DNA from: Balanoglossus misakiensis
Taxonomy: Eukaryota > Animalia > Hemichordata
Assembly (NCBI GenBank): GCA_040954595.2
Contig: CM082596.2
Location: 9,072,461-9,136,460, forward strand
Length of the DNA: 64,000 bases
Direction of reading: 5' to 3'
Positions 14,430 through 27,250 of this stretch are shown in pieces; the stretch's first letter is position 1, and each line of letters starts with the position of its first letter. The translations under genes were made by a program, and so were the position numbers. The notes beneath the pieces were generated by a model. The model was not told the DNA's origin, ran no database searches, and worked only from the letters and a program-made list of their open reading frames with translations.

Positions 14430-17398
14430 TTAAAGCTGCAAGCAGCATTGTCCGGGCCCAAGCTCTATTAACTGATCTGATTATTAGATATGCACGTAAT
14501 TAATGAGTAGAAATATAATGCTGTATTTTATCCCATGAAATATCAAGGTTATATCTATGTTTGGTGCTGATATAGTGTTAAGTAGGTCAAAGGTCACCCA
14601 GAGGTCACCCACAATTTGGGCAGAAAATTTTGACCCATAGTGGTCCATGTCCAACAAAAAACAGACCTCTACCCCTTTTGGTTAGCCCGAAATTAGGTAT
14701 GCACATAAATAATGAGTTAAGCAGGTGTCACAGGTGACCAAAAACTTTGGCTTTTCATTATGGCCCCATACCTCCAAACGCCAAGGCTGTATCTGCTGTG
14801 GATGCTGAGATTTGCGAAAGTAGGTCAAAGGTTACCAGAGGTCACCCAAAATTGGGGTAAAAGATTTTGACCCCATACTTGTCCTGTCCTACAAAAACAA
14901 AACCTCTAGGTCTATTGGTTCGCCTGTAATTAGCTATGCACATAATTAATGATGTCAGCAGGGGTCAATGGGGTCATGAAAAGTAGCAAAATATTTTGAT
15001 GACACACAAATTCACATGCATCAAAACCAAATGTCTAGCCCTATTGGTTAGCCTGGAATTAGATATGCAAAAAAATGATGCGTCAAAAGTAGGTCAAAGG
15101 TCATTGCCAAAATTACCAAAATATTTATAGCACATTGTAGTCATATGATGATTCATATCCATAAAAAGAATTTCTGTGCTATCAATTTTTAGGCTAGAAA
15201 GGGAATTTATACTTTTTAATCGTTTTTCACAAAATCCAATATGGCCGCCATAATCTTCGACCAATCACAATGCTCTTTGCAAACTTGATAGACATCTGTT
15301 TAATGATCACACACACCAAATCTTGTGACTCGGTTATCGCCGGTTCTTGAGAAGAAGATTTTTGAAATTTTACTAGGGTTTTTCGAAAATCCAATATGGC
15401 CGCCAAAATCTTCGACCAATCACAATGATCTTCGCAAACTTGATAGACATCTGTTAGGTGACCACATACCCCAAACCCTGTGTCTCGGTTATCACTGGTT
15501 CTGGAGAAGAAGATTTTTGAAATTTAAGCCAGATTTCAGAAAAAAAATTGTAGCAAAAAAACTGCAACATTGACAGCATAATTTCTATTTACAAAAATGA
15601 TGGGCAGAATGAAATCTACCTGCACGCCAAATTTGAAGTCGATCTGACTTGTAGTTTCTGAGATCTGAGATTTGCATTTTTTCAGAAAATCCAAGATGGC
15701 CGCCAGGTCACGTGACTAATTAAAAATTCAAGGGTTCAATGCACGACTACTCATTGACCTTGACTACTGTAGCAAGTTTCAGAAGTGTACCTGCAGCGGT
15801 GTCTGAGATCTCGTGGGTCAAAGAATTGACACAAGAATAAAGAAAGAAAGAAAGAAAGAAAGATTAAAGCTGCAAGCAGCATTGTCGGGCCCAAGCGCTG
15901 ATCCGGTATTATATATGCACAGTATGAATGAGAAGAAACAGAATGCTCTATCAGGTGTTTTATCTCATGACATAACAAGGACGTATGTATTTTTCCTGCT
16001 GAAATAGAGTAAAGTAGGTCAAAGGTCACCTGAGGTCACCCAACATTTGGGCAAAATTTATTGACCCATACTGTTCCATGTCCAACAAAAACTAAAACTC
16101 TAGTTCTATTGGTTCGCCTGTAATTAGGTATGTGCATATTTAATGAGGTCAGCAGGTGTCACAGGTGACTCAAAAATGTGGCTTTACATTTTGGTCCCAT
16201 CCTGCCAAATGCCAAGGCTGTATCTGCCCTGGATGCTGAGATATGCGAAAGTAGGTCAAAGGTCACCAGAGGTCACCCAATATTTGGGCAACAAATTTTG
16301 ACCCCATATTGGTTCATGTCCAACAAAAACCAAACCTCTAGCTCTATTGGTTCGCCTGTAATTAGCTATGTACATAATTAATGAGGTCAGCAGAGGTCAA
16401 AGGGGTCATGAAAGTAGCAAAATATTTTGATCACACACAAATCCACATGCATCAAAAACCAAATGTCTAGCCCTATAGGTTAGCCTGGAAATAGATATGC
16501 AGAAATAATGTGTGAAAAGTAGGTCAAAGGTCATGTGAAAAATCGACAAAAATTTGTAACATATTTTAGTCACATAAAGATTGATATCCATAAAAAGAAT
16601 TTGTATGCTATCAATTTTTAGACTAGAAAAAGGAATTTCAATTTTTCACTGCTTTTTACAAAATCCAATATGGCCGCCATAATCTTCGACCAATCACAAT
16701 GTTCTTTGCAAACTTGATAGACATCAGTGTAGTGACCATACTCCCCGAATCTTGCGACTCAGTCATCGCCCGTTCTGGAGAAGAAGATTTTTGGAGTTTA
16801 ACTATGGTTTTTCGAAAATCCAATATGGCCGCCATAATCTTCGACCAATCACAATGATCTTCGCAAACTTGATAGACATCAGTGAGGTGACCACATACCC
16901 CAAACCCCGTGTCTCGGTTATCACCGGTTCTGGAGAAGAAGATTTTTGAAATTTAAGCCAGATTTCAGAAAAAAAATTGTAGCAAAAAAACTGCAACACT
17001 GTAGCAAAATTTCCAATTACAAAAATGATGTGTAGAAGGTAGTCTACCTGCATGCCAAATTTGAAGTCGATCTGACTTGTAGTTTCTGAGATCTGAGATT
17101 TGAATTTTTTCAGAAAATCCAATATGGCCGCCAGGTCACGTGACTAATTAAGTATTCACAAGTCACTGCACATCTACTCATAGACCTTGACCACTGTAGC
17201 AAGTTTGAGCAGTGTACCTGCAGTAGTTTCAGAGATTTAGTTGGCCGAAGAATTGACACAAGAATAAAGAAAGAAAGAAAGCCGGAAAGAAAAATTCCAA
17301 CGAAACCAATAGGGCCCAAGCGCTTGCTTGCGCTTGGGCCCTAAAAAATTCCAACGAAACCAATACGGGCCCAAGCCTGGCTTGGCTTGGGCCCGTAA
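14430..17398 (-). mobile_element. HINE-like element, middle copy B (divergent subfamily) nested in copy A
   Basis: The body spans 14430-15863 and begins ttaaagctgcaagcagcattgtccgggcccaagctc. Its own variant 54-bp end (cgggcccaagcctggcttggcttgggcccg) lies at 17345-17398. Confidence 0.72.
15864..17344 (-). mobile_element. HINE-like element, innermost intact copy C (~1.48 kb)
   Basis: An uninterrupted body, (GAAA)n tract and 54-bp hairpin end at 17291-17344. It is closer in sequence to copy A than to copy B. Confidence 0.78.
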
Positions 17399-20300
17399 AA
17401 AATTCCAACGAAACCAATAGGGCCCAAGCGCTTGCTTGCGCTTGGGCCCTAACTACGTCGGAGAAGTCTTTCGACGTGTCTTCGTTCTCGAGGAGCCATT
17501 TGTATCTGCATTTGCATACCAGAAAGCCACGCCTTCCAGCCTCGTTCGCGGGTGACTTGTTTGTAATTGCCAAAGGCGAGTTAGTCATGTGCTTAGTTTG
17601 TTGGGTGTCAATGTAATCGTCCATGTTAACTTATTTGGTACAATTCGAGACATATGCACTCAAAAATGATGTGGCATTAAACACTAGAGGACGTGTACTG
17701 ATCTGAGTGAATCAGATCCCGTGAGGTCGCCATTGTGGGGTTTGCACTGGTATGGGAGGGCATATTCTCATCAAGGGGGACACCCTCGGGGCGCGACGAC
17801 CCCTTCCCTACTGTTGCTGAAAAATACTTGTATATGAAAGTTGAAACAGTGATAGTTGCACATGAGGTATCTGATATGGCATTAACATAAACATAACAAA
17901 ATAAAGTTTTGAATGTTCCTTGCAATCTGCAATTGCATGAAAATATTCTCTGTACTGTTAATAAAGTATAATGTCTGCTCCTAATTCTGCAAAATGTGTC
18001 ATACTAAAATGTTATACCATTAGTGACACTATGACTAATAATAAAATATCATACTCTTCCCTTATGTATTTCAGCTGTTAATGAAATGATATTCCCATCC
18101 CTATCTTTGTACTGGTACTAAGCTATAAGTAAAATGTTACACTTATCCTAAGCATAGTACTGGTATTATAACTGGTAGTCCAATGCCATGCCCATCCCCT
18201 TGCTGTGCTAATTGATAATAAGGTGTCATACCCTCCCCTTGTTCTGTACTGTTGCTGTTAATAAAATGTTATGACAATCCCTCATTGTACTACATGTAAT
18301 ACTTAACTGTAAGTACAATATCATGCACATCCCTTGCTTTTTAGTAAAATGCCATGCCTTCCCCTAGTTCTGTACTATAACTGTTAGTCAAATGTCATGT
18401 CCAACACTCACTTTGTACTATAAGTTACCAATAATAAAAATGTCATGCCCTCCCTGCTTCTCTATAGTTGTTAATAAAATGTTACTCCCACCCCAAGGGT
18501 TGTACTGGTACTTGAACTGTTAGTAAAATATCATGCCCATGTTCCTAGTTATGAACTGAAACGTTTAGGCTAATCAACTGTAATGCTCATGTACTTGGTT
18601 TAGTAAAATGTCTGCCAATGTCTTGCGCCTAGTTCTACAACTCATAATAAAATGCCATGCCCTCCCATAGTTCCGTACTGTAGGGGTCAATAAAACGCAT
18701 TATCTGGCCACCCCTAGCTCTTAAGTTGATCGTATGCCATGCCGAAACCTAGTTCTGTATCGTGACTTAGAGCTTAGATGGTCCTATAAAGCTTATAAAA
18801 CTTGTGCACACTCCAAATAGGCCGAAAATGTCATGTGCACCGACTGATAATAAACTGTCATTTCATCCCAGCTATGCACTCAAAAAATGATGTGGCATTA
18901 AACACTAGAGGACGTGTACTGATCTGAGTGAATCAGATCCCGTGAGGAGTACGGTGCCCAGAGTGCACGTGTACTAGTAGAGAAATGCCAAGTGTTGCTA
19001 CATCTTCGCGCTTCGCCCGCCATTGCTCTCCGGAAAATAGGAGTGTGGTCGAGCGAACACGTGCGAGCGGAAAGTCGTGTTGCGACCGTCGGTGAGGCGA
19101 ATTAAGACACAGCGCCAATAATAGTGTCTGTAACGACTATCACACCAAAACTCATTTACAGTAAATATAAAAACAGACTACGTCGGAGAAGTCTTTCGAC
19201 GTGTCTTCGTTCTCGAGGAGCCATTTGTATCTGCATTTGCATACCAGAAAGCCACGCCTTCCAGCCTCGTTCGCGGGTGACTTGTTTGTAATTGCCAAAG
19301 GCGAGTTAGTCATGTGCTTAGTTTGTTGGGTGTCAATGTAATCGTCCATGTTAACTTATTTGGTACAATTCGAGACATATGCACTCAAAACTGATGTGGC
19401 ATTAAACACTAGAGGACGTGTACTGATCTGAGTGAATCAGATCCCGTGAGGTCGCCATTGTGGGGTTTGCACTGGTATGGGAGGGCATATTCTCATCAAG
19501 GGGGACACCCTCGGGGCGCGACGACCCCTTCCCTACTGTTGCTGAAAAATACTTGTATATGAAAGTTGAAACAGTGATAGTTGCACATGAGGTATCTGAT
19601 ATGGCATTAACATAAACATAACAAAATAAAGTTTTGAATGTTCCTTGCAATCTGCAATTGCATGAAAATATTCTCTGTACTGTTAATAAAGTATAATGTC
19701 TGCTCCTAATTCTGCAAAATGTGTCATACTAAAATGTTATACCATTAGTGACACTATGACTAATAATAAAATATCATACTCTTCCCTTATGTATTTCAGC
19801 TGTTAATGAACTGATATTCCCATCCCTATCTTTGTACTGGTACTAAGCTATAAGTAAAATGTTACACTTATCCTAAGCATAGTACTGGTATTATAACTGG
19901 TAGTCCAATGCCATGCCCATCCCCTTGCAGTGTTAATTGATAATAAAGTGTCATACCCTCCCCTTGTTCTGTACTGTTGCTGTTAATAAAATGTTATGAC
20001 AATCCCTCATTGTACTACATGTAATACTTAACTGTAAGTACAATATCATGCACATCCCTTGCTTTTTAGTAAAATGAAAATGCCATGCCTTCCCGTAGTT
20101 CTGTACTATAACTGTTAGTCATATGTCATGTCCAACACTCACTTTGTACTATAAGTTACCAATAATAAAAATGTCATGCCCTCCCTGCTTCTCTATAGTT
20201 GTTAATAAAATGTTACTCCCACCCCAAGGGTTGTACTGGTACTTGAACTGTTAGTAAAATATCATGCCCATGTTCCTAGTTATGAACTGAAACGTTTAGG

Positions 20301-23300
20301 CTAATCAACTGTAATGCTCATGTACTTGGTTTAGTAAAATGTCTGCCAATGTCTTGCGCCTAGTTCTACAACTCATAATAAAATGCCATGCCCTCCCCTA
20401 GTTCCGTACTGTAGGGGTCAATAAAACGCATTATCTGGCCACCCCTAGCTCTTAAGTTGATCGTATGCCATGCCGAAACCTAGTTCTGTATTGTGACTTA
20501 GAGCTTAGATGGTCCTTAGCCCTATAAAGCTTATAAAACTTGTGCACACTCCAAATAGGCAGAAAATGTCATGTGTACCGACTGATAATAAACTGTCATT
20601 TCATCCCAGCTATGCACTCAAAAAATGACGTGGCATTAAACACTAGAGGACGTGTACTGATCTGAGTGAATCAGATCCCGTGAGGAGTACGGTGCCCAGA
20701 GTACACGTGTACTATTAGAGAAATGCCAAGTGTTGCTACATCTTCGCGCTTCGCCCGCCATTGCTCTCCGGAAAATAGGAGTGTGGTCGAGCGAACACGT
20801 GCGAGCGGAAAGTCGTGTTGCGACCGTCCGTGAGGCGAATTAAGACACAACGCTAATAATAGTGTCTGTAACGACTATCACACCAAAACTCATTTACAGT
20901 AAATATAAAAACAGACTAGGTCGGAGAAGTCTTTCGACGTGTCTTCGTTCTCGAGGAGCCATTTGTATTTGCATTTGCATACCAGAAAGCCACGCCTTCC
21001 AGCCTCGTTCGCGGGTGACTTGTTTGTAATTGCCAAAGGCGAGTTAGTCATGTGATTAGTTTGTTGGGTGTCAATGTAATCGTCCATGTTAACTTATTTG
21101 GTACGATTCGAGACATATGCACTCAAAAATGACGTGGCATTAACACTAGAGGACGTGTACTGATCTGAGTGAATCAGATCCCGTGAGGTCGCCATTGTGG
21201 GGTTTGCACTGGTATGGGAGGGCATATTCTCATCAAGGGGGACACCCTCGGGGTGCGACGACCCCTTCCCTACTGTTGCTGAAAAATACTTGTATATGAA
21301 AGTTGAAACAGTGATAGTTGCACATGGGGTATCTGATATGGCATTAACATAAACATAACAAAATAAAGTTTTGAATGTTCCTTGCAATCTGCAATTGCAT
21401 GAAAATATTCTCTGTACTGTTAATAAAGTATAATGTCTGCTCCTAATTCTGCAAAATGTGTCATACTAAAATGTTATACCATTAGTGACACTATGACTAA
21501 TAATAAAATATCATACTCTTCCCTTATGTATTTCAGCTGTTAATGAAATGATATTCCCATCCCTATAAGTAAAATGTTACACTTATCCCAAGCATAGTAC
21601 TGGTATTATAACTGGTAGTCCAATGCCATGCCCATCCCCTTGCTGTGTTAATTGATAATAAAGTGTCATACCCTCCCCTTGTTCTGTACTGTTAATAAAA
21701 TGTTATGACAATCCCTCATTGTACTACATGTAATACTTAACTGTAAGTACAATATCATGCACATCCCTTGCTTTTTAGTAAAATGCCTTGCCTTCCCCTA
21801 GTTCTGTACTATAACTGTTAGTCATATGTCATGTCCAACACTCACTTTGTACTATAAGTTACCAATAATAAAAATGTCATGCCCTCCCTGCTTCTCTACA
21901 GTTGTGAATAAAATGTTACTCCCACCCCAAGGGTTGTACTGGGACTTGAACTGTTAGTAAAATATCATGCCCATGTTCCTAGTTATGAACTGAAACGTTT
22001 AGGCTAATCAACTGTAATGCTCATGTACTTGGTTTAGTAAAATGTCTGCCAATGTCTTGCGCCTAGTTCTACAACTCATAATAAATTGCCATGCCCTCCC
22101 CTAGTTCCGTACTGTAGGGGTCAATAAAACGCATTATCTGGCCACCCCTAGCTCTTAAGTTGATCGTATGCCATGCCGAAACCTAGTTCTGTATTGTGAC
22201 TTAGAGCTTAGATGGTCCTATAAAGCTTATAAAACTTGTGCACACTCCAAATAGGCCGAAAATGTCATGTGTACCGACTGATAATAAACTGTCATTTCAT
22301 CCCAGCTATGCACTCAAAAAATGACGTGGCATTAAACACTAGAGGACGTGTACTGATCTGAGTGAATCAGATCCCGTGAGGAGTACGGTGCCCAGAGTGC
22401 ACGTGTACTAGTAGAGAAATGCCAAGTGTTGCTACATCTTCGCGCTTCGCCCGCCATTGCTCTCCGGAAAATAGGAGTGTGGTCGAGCGAACACGTGCGA
22501 GCGGAAAGTCGTGTTGCGACCGTCCGTGAGGCGAATTAAGACACAACGCTAATAATAGTGTCTGTAACGACTATCACACCAAAACTCATTTACAGTAAAT
22601 ATAAAAACAGACTAGGTCGGAGAAGTCTTTCGACGTGTCTTCGTTCTCGAGGAGCCATTTGTATTTGCATTTGCATACCAGAAAGCCACGCCTTCCAGCC
22701 TCGTTCGCGGGTGACTTGTTTGTAATTGCCAAAGGCGAGTTAGTCATGTGCTTAGTTTGTTGGGTGTCAATGTAATCGTCCATGTTAACTTATTTGGTAC
22801 GATTCGAGACATATGCACTCAAAAATGATGTGGCATTAAACACTAGAGGACGTGTACTGATCTGAGTGAATCAGATCCCGTGAGGAGTACGGTGCCCAGA
22901 GTACACGTGTCTTAGTAAAGAAATGCCAAATGTTGCTACATCTTCGCGCTTCTCCCGCCAAGGTCGCCATTGCTCTCCGGAAAATAGGAGACTGCATGTA
23001 GTTGAGCGAGCACGTGCGAACGGACGATGGTGTTGCTACCGTCGACGAGGCGAATTAAGACACAGCGCTAATACTAGTGTCTGTCACGACTATCACACCA
23101 AAACTGTCCTTTACAGTAAATATAAAAAAGCTATTAAAGTCGGAGAAGTTTTTCCACGAGTCTTCGATATCGAGGAGCCATTTGTATCTGCATAAATTTG
23201 CATTTCCAGTCTCGTTCGCGGATGATTTGTCAAAGGCGAGTTAGGCACGTGCTTAGTTTTTTGGGTATCAGTGTAATCGTCCATGGTAACTTATTTGTCT

Positions 23301-23788
23301 ATTACATATTTTAATGTCATCTTTCTTATCAAGCCTTGATGTAAATACATGTTATTTTCGTAAACACCACGGGTTCACAGAGTTTTGCTTCCAGGATGTC
23401 TGCAGTTGAATACAGCACACACATCTGCTTCTTGCCCCAATGTCAGAGAGCGTAGCAATACATAATGTATGGTAATTACGTATACGTCCCTTTCTTAGAT
23501 CAAAATCATTTAAGTTAACAAAATAATGGTAAGTACATTAAAAATTAAATGGGGGACGAGATAAGGGTGAAGCAATAGTAATTCAAATAAAATAAAATCT
23601 AAAATACATGTGAAATCCTGGTTTGTCTTCATTAAACTAAATTGACGCGCATGAAGGGCTGCAGTCCATTCGTTAATTCTCTTGATCGTTCTCTCTATTG
23701 AACCCAACAGTAAAATACAAAAAGGTAAGCCAGACCGACCAGGTGCTAACTTGGTCTGACCGGTACGCTGGAAAGGGAAATCGTCAGA

Positions 23789-23935
23789 CTCGGAGTACGC
23801 AAGTCCGAGCACCGAGTGCAACTCGGTGTATACAAGTCCGAGTACAGCCACTACTCGGAGTGTGCAAGTCCGAGTACTCGGACTTTGAAGTCCGACTCGG
23901 TCTTTGAACTCGGAGTATGCACTTCGAAGTACTCC
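23789..23935. repeat. Cluster of short inverted repeats (ctcgga...tccgag)
   Basis: Repeated ctcgg/ccgag arms with ~9-nt loops, e.g. ctcggagtacgcaagtccgag and ctcggagtgtgcaagtccgag. Confidence 0.6.
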
Positions 23936-24546
23936 TACATACCTCTCAGACAGCACCATTTTCAGGACAAGATGTAAATTATGTTTGTGCTACCGGTGGA
24001 TGCAATGGTCCTCTCATTGTATTATAGAGCTACTATATTAACGAAATTCGCATAGCAATGCTATGTTTCGGCTTTACAACCTGAAGCCAGAGTTTGAAGC
24101 AATGAGGAAGGCTGTTGTTATGTTGACCTTCCAAATTTTTGGCCAATTGAGAAAATTATTCGGCACATTTAGGGAGAATCTCCAATAATCTCTGCCGGAA
24201 CAGTTGAAATAGGACAAATCTATCGCATATGTCCCAAATGTCCCTGGCTAATTGGGCTGTGGAGACCGGCTGCATAAATGGGTTGTCACCTCAGACGAAA
24301 TCATTTACGGTGCGAAGTGTAATTAGTTCCTTATCCCCACTGCGTAGTATGTTTTCGTATGATTTAGTAGTGGAGTGGTCAAGTACCCCCTGGTCCCCCC
24401 AAATATTACTTCTTTAGATTCATAATCACCCCTTCTCTCATGCCTTCTCTCCAAACCTCATCAACACAAAACAACCCCACAGCCATATATCAGCACGGGA
24501 GGAGACTCGAGCCCGACTTTCCATCCCGTCCATCGAACTTGTCTAA

Positions 24547-25357
24547 GGGACCGTTCAGTTTTTACGGCGGGGGGGGGGGGCGGCAAGTTTGTGTCATCGG
24601 TTCTCAAAATCAGGCCGACCCCCCTTCATCCAGGACCAAAAAATGATGACACCCCTTTGACAGACCCAAAAATATGATGACCCCCCCCCCCCACGCCCAA
24701 AACATTCGCCGTCCTGATCCTATGTACACTGTATGCAATAAAGGGAATGAAGCTCCTCACACCTCAATTCTATATTTCTTAAAGTATTATTGAAGTATAT
24801 AATAGTATATCGTTGCAATAAAGAAATCTATGAAAAAATTAAAATGACAAGTCAATACAATAGTTGCTAGAATCGGTAAAACAAGAAACATGGCGGGGGT
24901 GGGCGTGGGAGGGGGTGTCCCCCTCGCACATAAGAAAATTTTGTAAAATACGGTGCTCAAAGTTGCAATTTAATGAACTCAAAAGCAAATTAATTCAACG
25001 TTAGGGAGGACAAATTTTAATTTTGCCACTCCACTCAAAGTAAGCATCGGGGGTGGGGTGGCAAGAAGTCTTCCCTGGTACACTAGACAACCCAGTGAAT
25101 AAATGCAATGTGGCGAAGAATGGAGGGGGTGGGTGTGGGAGGGGGTGTGCCCCTCCCACATTAGAAAATTTTGTAAAATAAAGGGTGCGAAACTGCAATT
25201 TTGTGGACTCAAAACCAATAGTTCCGTGGCAAAAGTATGTGACCCCCCCCTAAACGTTTAAAAAAAACAGATGACCCCCCCTTTGTGGACTTCAAAATTT
25301 AAGTGACCCCCCCCCTGGATTTTGCCGCCCCCCCGGCCGTAAAAACTGAACGGTCCC
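24547..25357. mobile_element. PIF/Harbinger-type MITE (811 bp)
   Basis: TIRs gggaccgttcagtttttacggc / gccgtaaaaactgaacggtccc, flanked by TAA on both sides (24544-46 and 25358-60). Non-coding. Confidence 0.88.
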
Positions 25358-25747
25358 TAAGCAATCTGTCTTTCATTGCCTCTCTTGGATCAAAAATCAC
25401 ATTACGTTCCCATGCACTCATACCAGACATCGGGTTAAAGTCCCAATCTCTGTGGAATTTTGCCCATTTTATATCTTTTAATTCCCCCAAGCTTCGGGGA
25501 AAACGTTTCCAATCACGGCAATTCATCCATATTCACTTTAAAGTGTAAGTTGTTTTTTATTGGGGATGGATTCGTTGGATTGAATTCTGTCACGATGACG
25601 CCGATATTTGAATTTTACCGCCATTTTGAAACAATCACGTGACAAGGGTACGCAGACAAGGCAACGTCATGGGCCGTGATTTCTTGTACGAGAGCGGGAT
25701 CTAGCTGGACTTCCAGGCGCTGCTAGGCAACGGCAGCAGACAACAAA

Positions 25748-27250
25748 ATGGATTCCACTTTATCAGACGACGACGTAAGTAGATGTTTTTGTCAAACCAT
25801 TTTTTTTCCGCTTTTGTTTTGAGACGTTTTAAACAAATCACAGATGTTGATGTGTCATTACGGGTGAACTGTGTTCGTTACCAATAATCATCGTGCGCGA
25901 ATAGTGTTGCTGAATCCACTGTAGCTCTGCGTACAGGTCTGTGTGTTCCCGGCGTTACACGGCCTCCACCCACAGCCCTGCAAGGCGCCATAGAAAAAAC
26001 TGGTGCTTCAGCGGTCCGGATCCGGACCGCAGCTTTTTCGGCCGAAATTCGATTTTATCGAAGCAAAATCCTTTCCCTGTCTACTTCTGCCCCCTAACCG
26101 ACTCCAAATATGATGCGATTAACTTGTCCTAACGTCGGGACGAGGGAGAGGAAGGGGACGAGGACGAGGACGAGGAGCTCAAGGTCCAGGTCAACAGAAT
26201 TTACCAGAAACAAGAGCAAATGATATTGACCAACGAAAAGTTTCTTTACGGGTGGGTAGAACAAATTACTGTTACAAACAGGTGAAAATGTTCTGCCAGA
26301 CAATAGGCCACTTTCATGACCCTCATGCGACCTTTTCGTTCTTGCATATTGTTTGAGTTTACCATTTTGAATTTTAACTTTGGATAAACCGACCATAGTA
26401 TTGAATGTGTGCACTCTAACTGATCATAGAACAAAAGGGTGAATGTTGTCTTTAAACATTGAATGATGTTTGATATCTTACCAAAAAAGACCAAGATGTT
26501 CGACCAAAAAGAGGTCATGAAAGTGACCTACTAGTAATATCATGGTAATGTTGTGCTAATAAACATACAAAACACACATCGATTTTTCTATTTTTGCAGG
26601 CAATGATTTCACAAATGCCACCATAAGTGAAAGATTACCTCCTTCTACGGATGGTGGAAAATAGTCCAGGTTTGCTTTTTAACCTGGTGACACCCCCAAC
26701 ACCACCACAGGGGTACCACCCACCACAATCACCCTCCCCACCAGACTGGTGTGTATGTAATAACTGTCGGGAAATGCCATCTCAGCCAGAGAGAAAATGC
26801 TGCCGAAAACAACCGTGGTTTTGTATTTCTCAATTATCAGTAAGTATGAAAGTGACCTACTATTTATGTCATGATAGTAACCATCAGAAAACAACAAAAA
26901 CAAAGATGTTTTCTGTAAAGATCAATAAGCCGTTCTGTAATTGTGATAGATAATTGGTTTTGAAAATAATCACATAAATAATGTTTTCTTGCAGGTATTC
27001 AATCATGTATGTCTTGATGAAACCATCCTGGCAATCTCAAGGGCATGATATGTTGGCCACAAGTGACGATGATGACTTCAACAGATCCAATCGACATGCT
27101 GCCTATCGGCAGTTTATCTTGTGGCAGCATGGTCGATTGGGTGTTGGCGATAGGAGAGTGATACCAAGCTGTTGTGTGTGGAAGATAAGGGACAAATATC
27201 CTGATCCATTTAGCAATTACACGGGATTTATTCCCAATCGTTTTGCATAA
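25748..27250 (+). pseudogene. Kolobok second gene (KolX-like), homologous to the P2X7 C-terminal zinc/ballast domain; spliced, apparently frameshifted
   Basis: Approximate exons 25748-25774, ~26100-26280 (RG repeats), 26600-26840 (WCVCNNCREMPSQPERKCC...CI) and 26996-27250 ([38 protein letters not shown]), with GT-AG boundaries. There is a frame break near 27045. Confidence 0.8.

Larger units (their letters stand above)
13007..17452 (-). mobile_element. Helentron-associated non-autonomous element (HINE-like), outer copy A
   Basis: The left end reads ttaaagctgcgagcagcattgtcgggcccaagcgc (short stem-loop plus subterminal IR). It has internal ggtcaaaggtca / ccaatatggccgcc core repeats, a (GAAA)n microsatellite and a right-end hairpin gggcccaagcgc-ttgctt-gcgcttgggccctaa. 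It splits the 1.7-kb unit at aacaga|ctacgtcgg with no TSD. Confidence 0.75.
11565..23300. repeat. Tandem array of ~1.7-kb units (4 units plus a diverged tail), first unit interrupted by the HINE nest
   Basis: The marker catattctcatcaaggggg occurs at ~11588, 17761, 19486 and 21223 (periods 1725 and 1737). The same short ORFs (MQGTFKTL..., MDDYIDTQ...) recur. The AT-rich interior is built of degenerate aataaaatgtcatgccctcccct-like subrepeats. Confidence 0.93.

Noticed and set aside
13007-17290. Simple head-to-tail tandem or rolling-circle concatemer of 1.43-kb units
   Set aside because: The hairpin ends are not interleaved with the bodies. They are stacked afterwards in mirror order, which indicates nesting.
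11471-23195. Repeated short ORFs (MQGTFKTL..., MDDYIDTQ...) as a gene family
   Set aside because: They have no recognisable domain, mostly non-ATG starts and variable ends, and are explained by the tandem repeat.
26600-27250. Host P2X7 purinoceptor gene
   Set aside because: Only the cytoplasmic zinc domain is present, with no channel exons, and it lies inside Kolobok TIRs.
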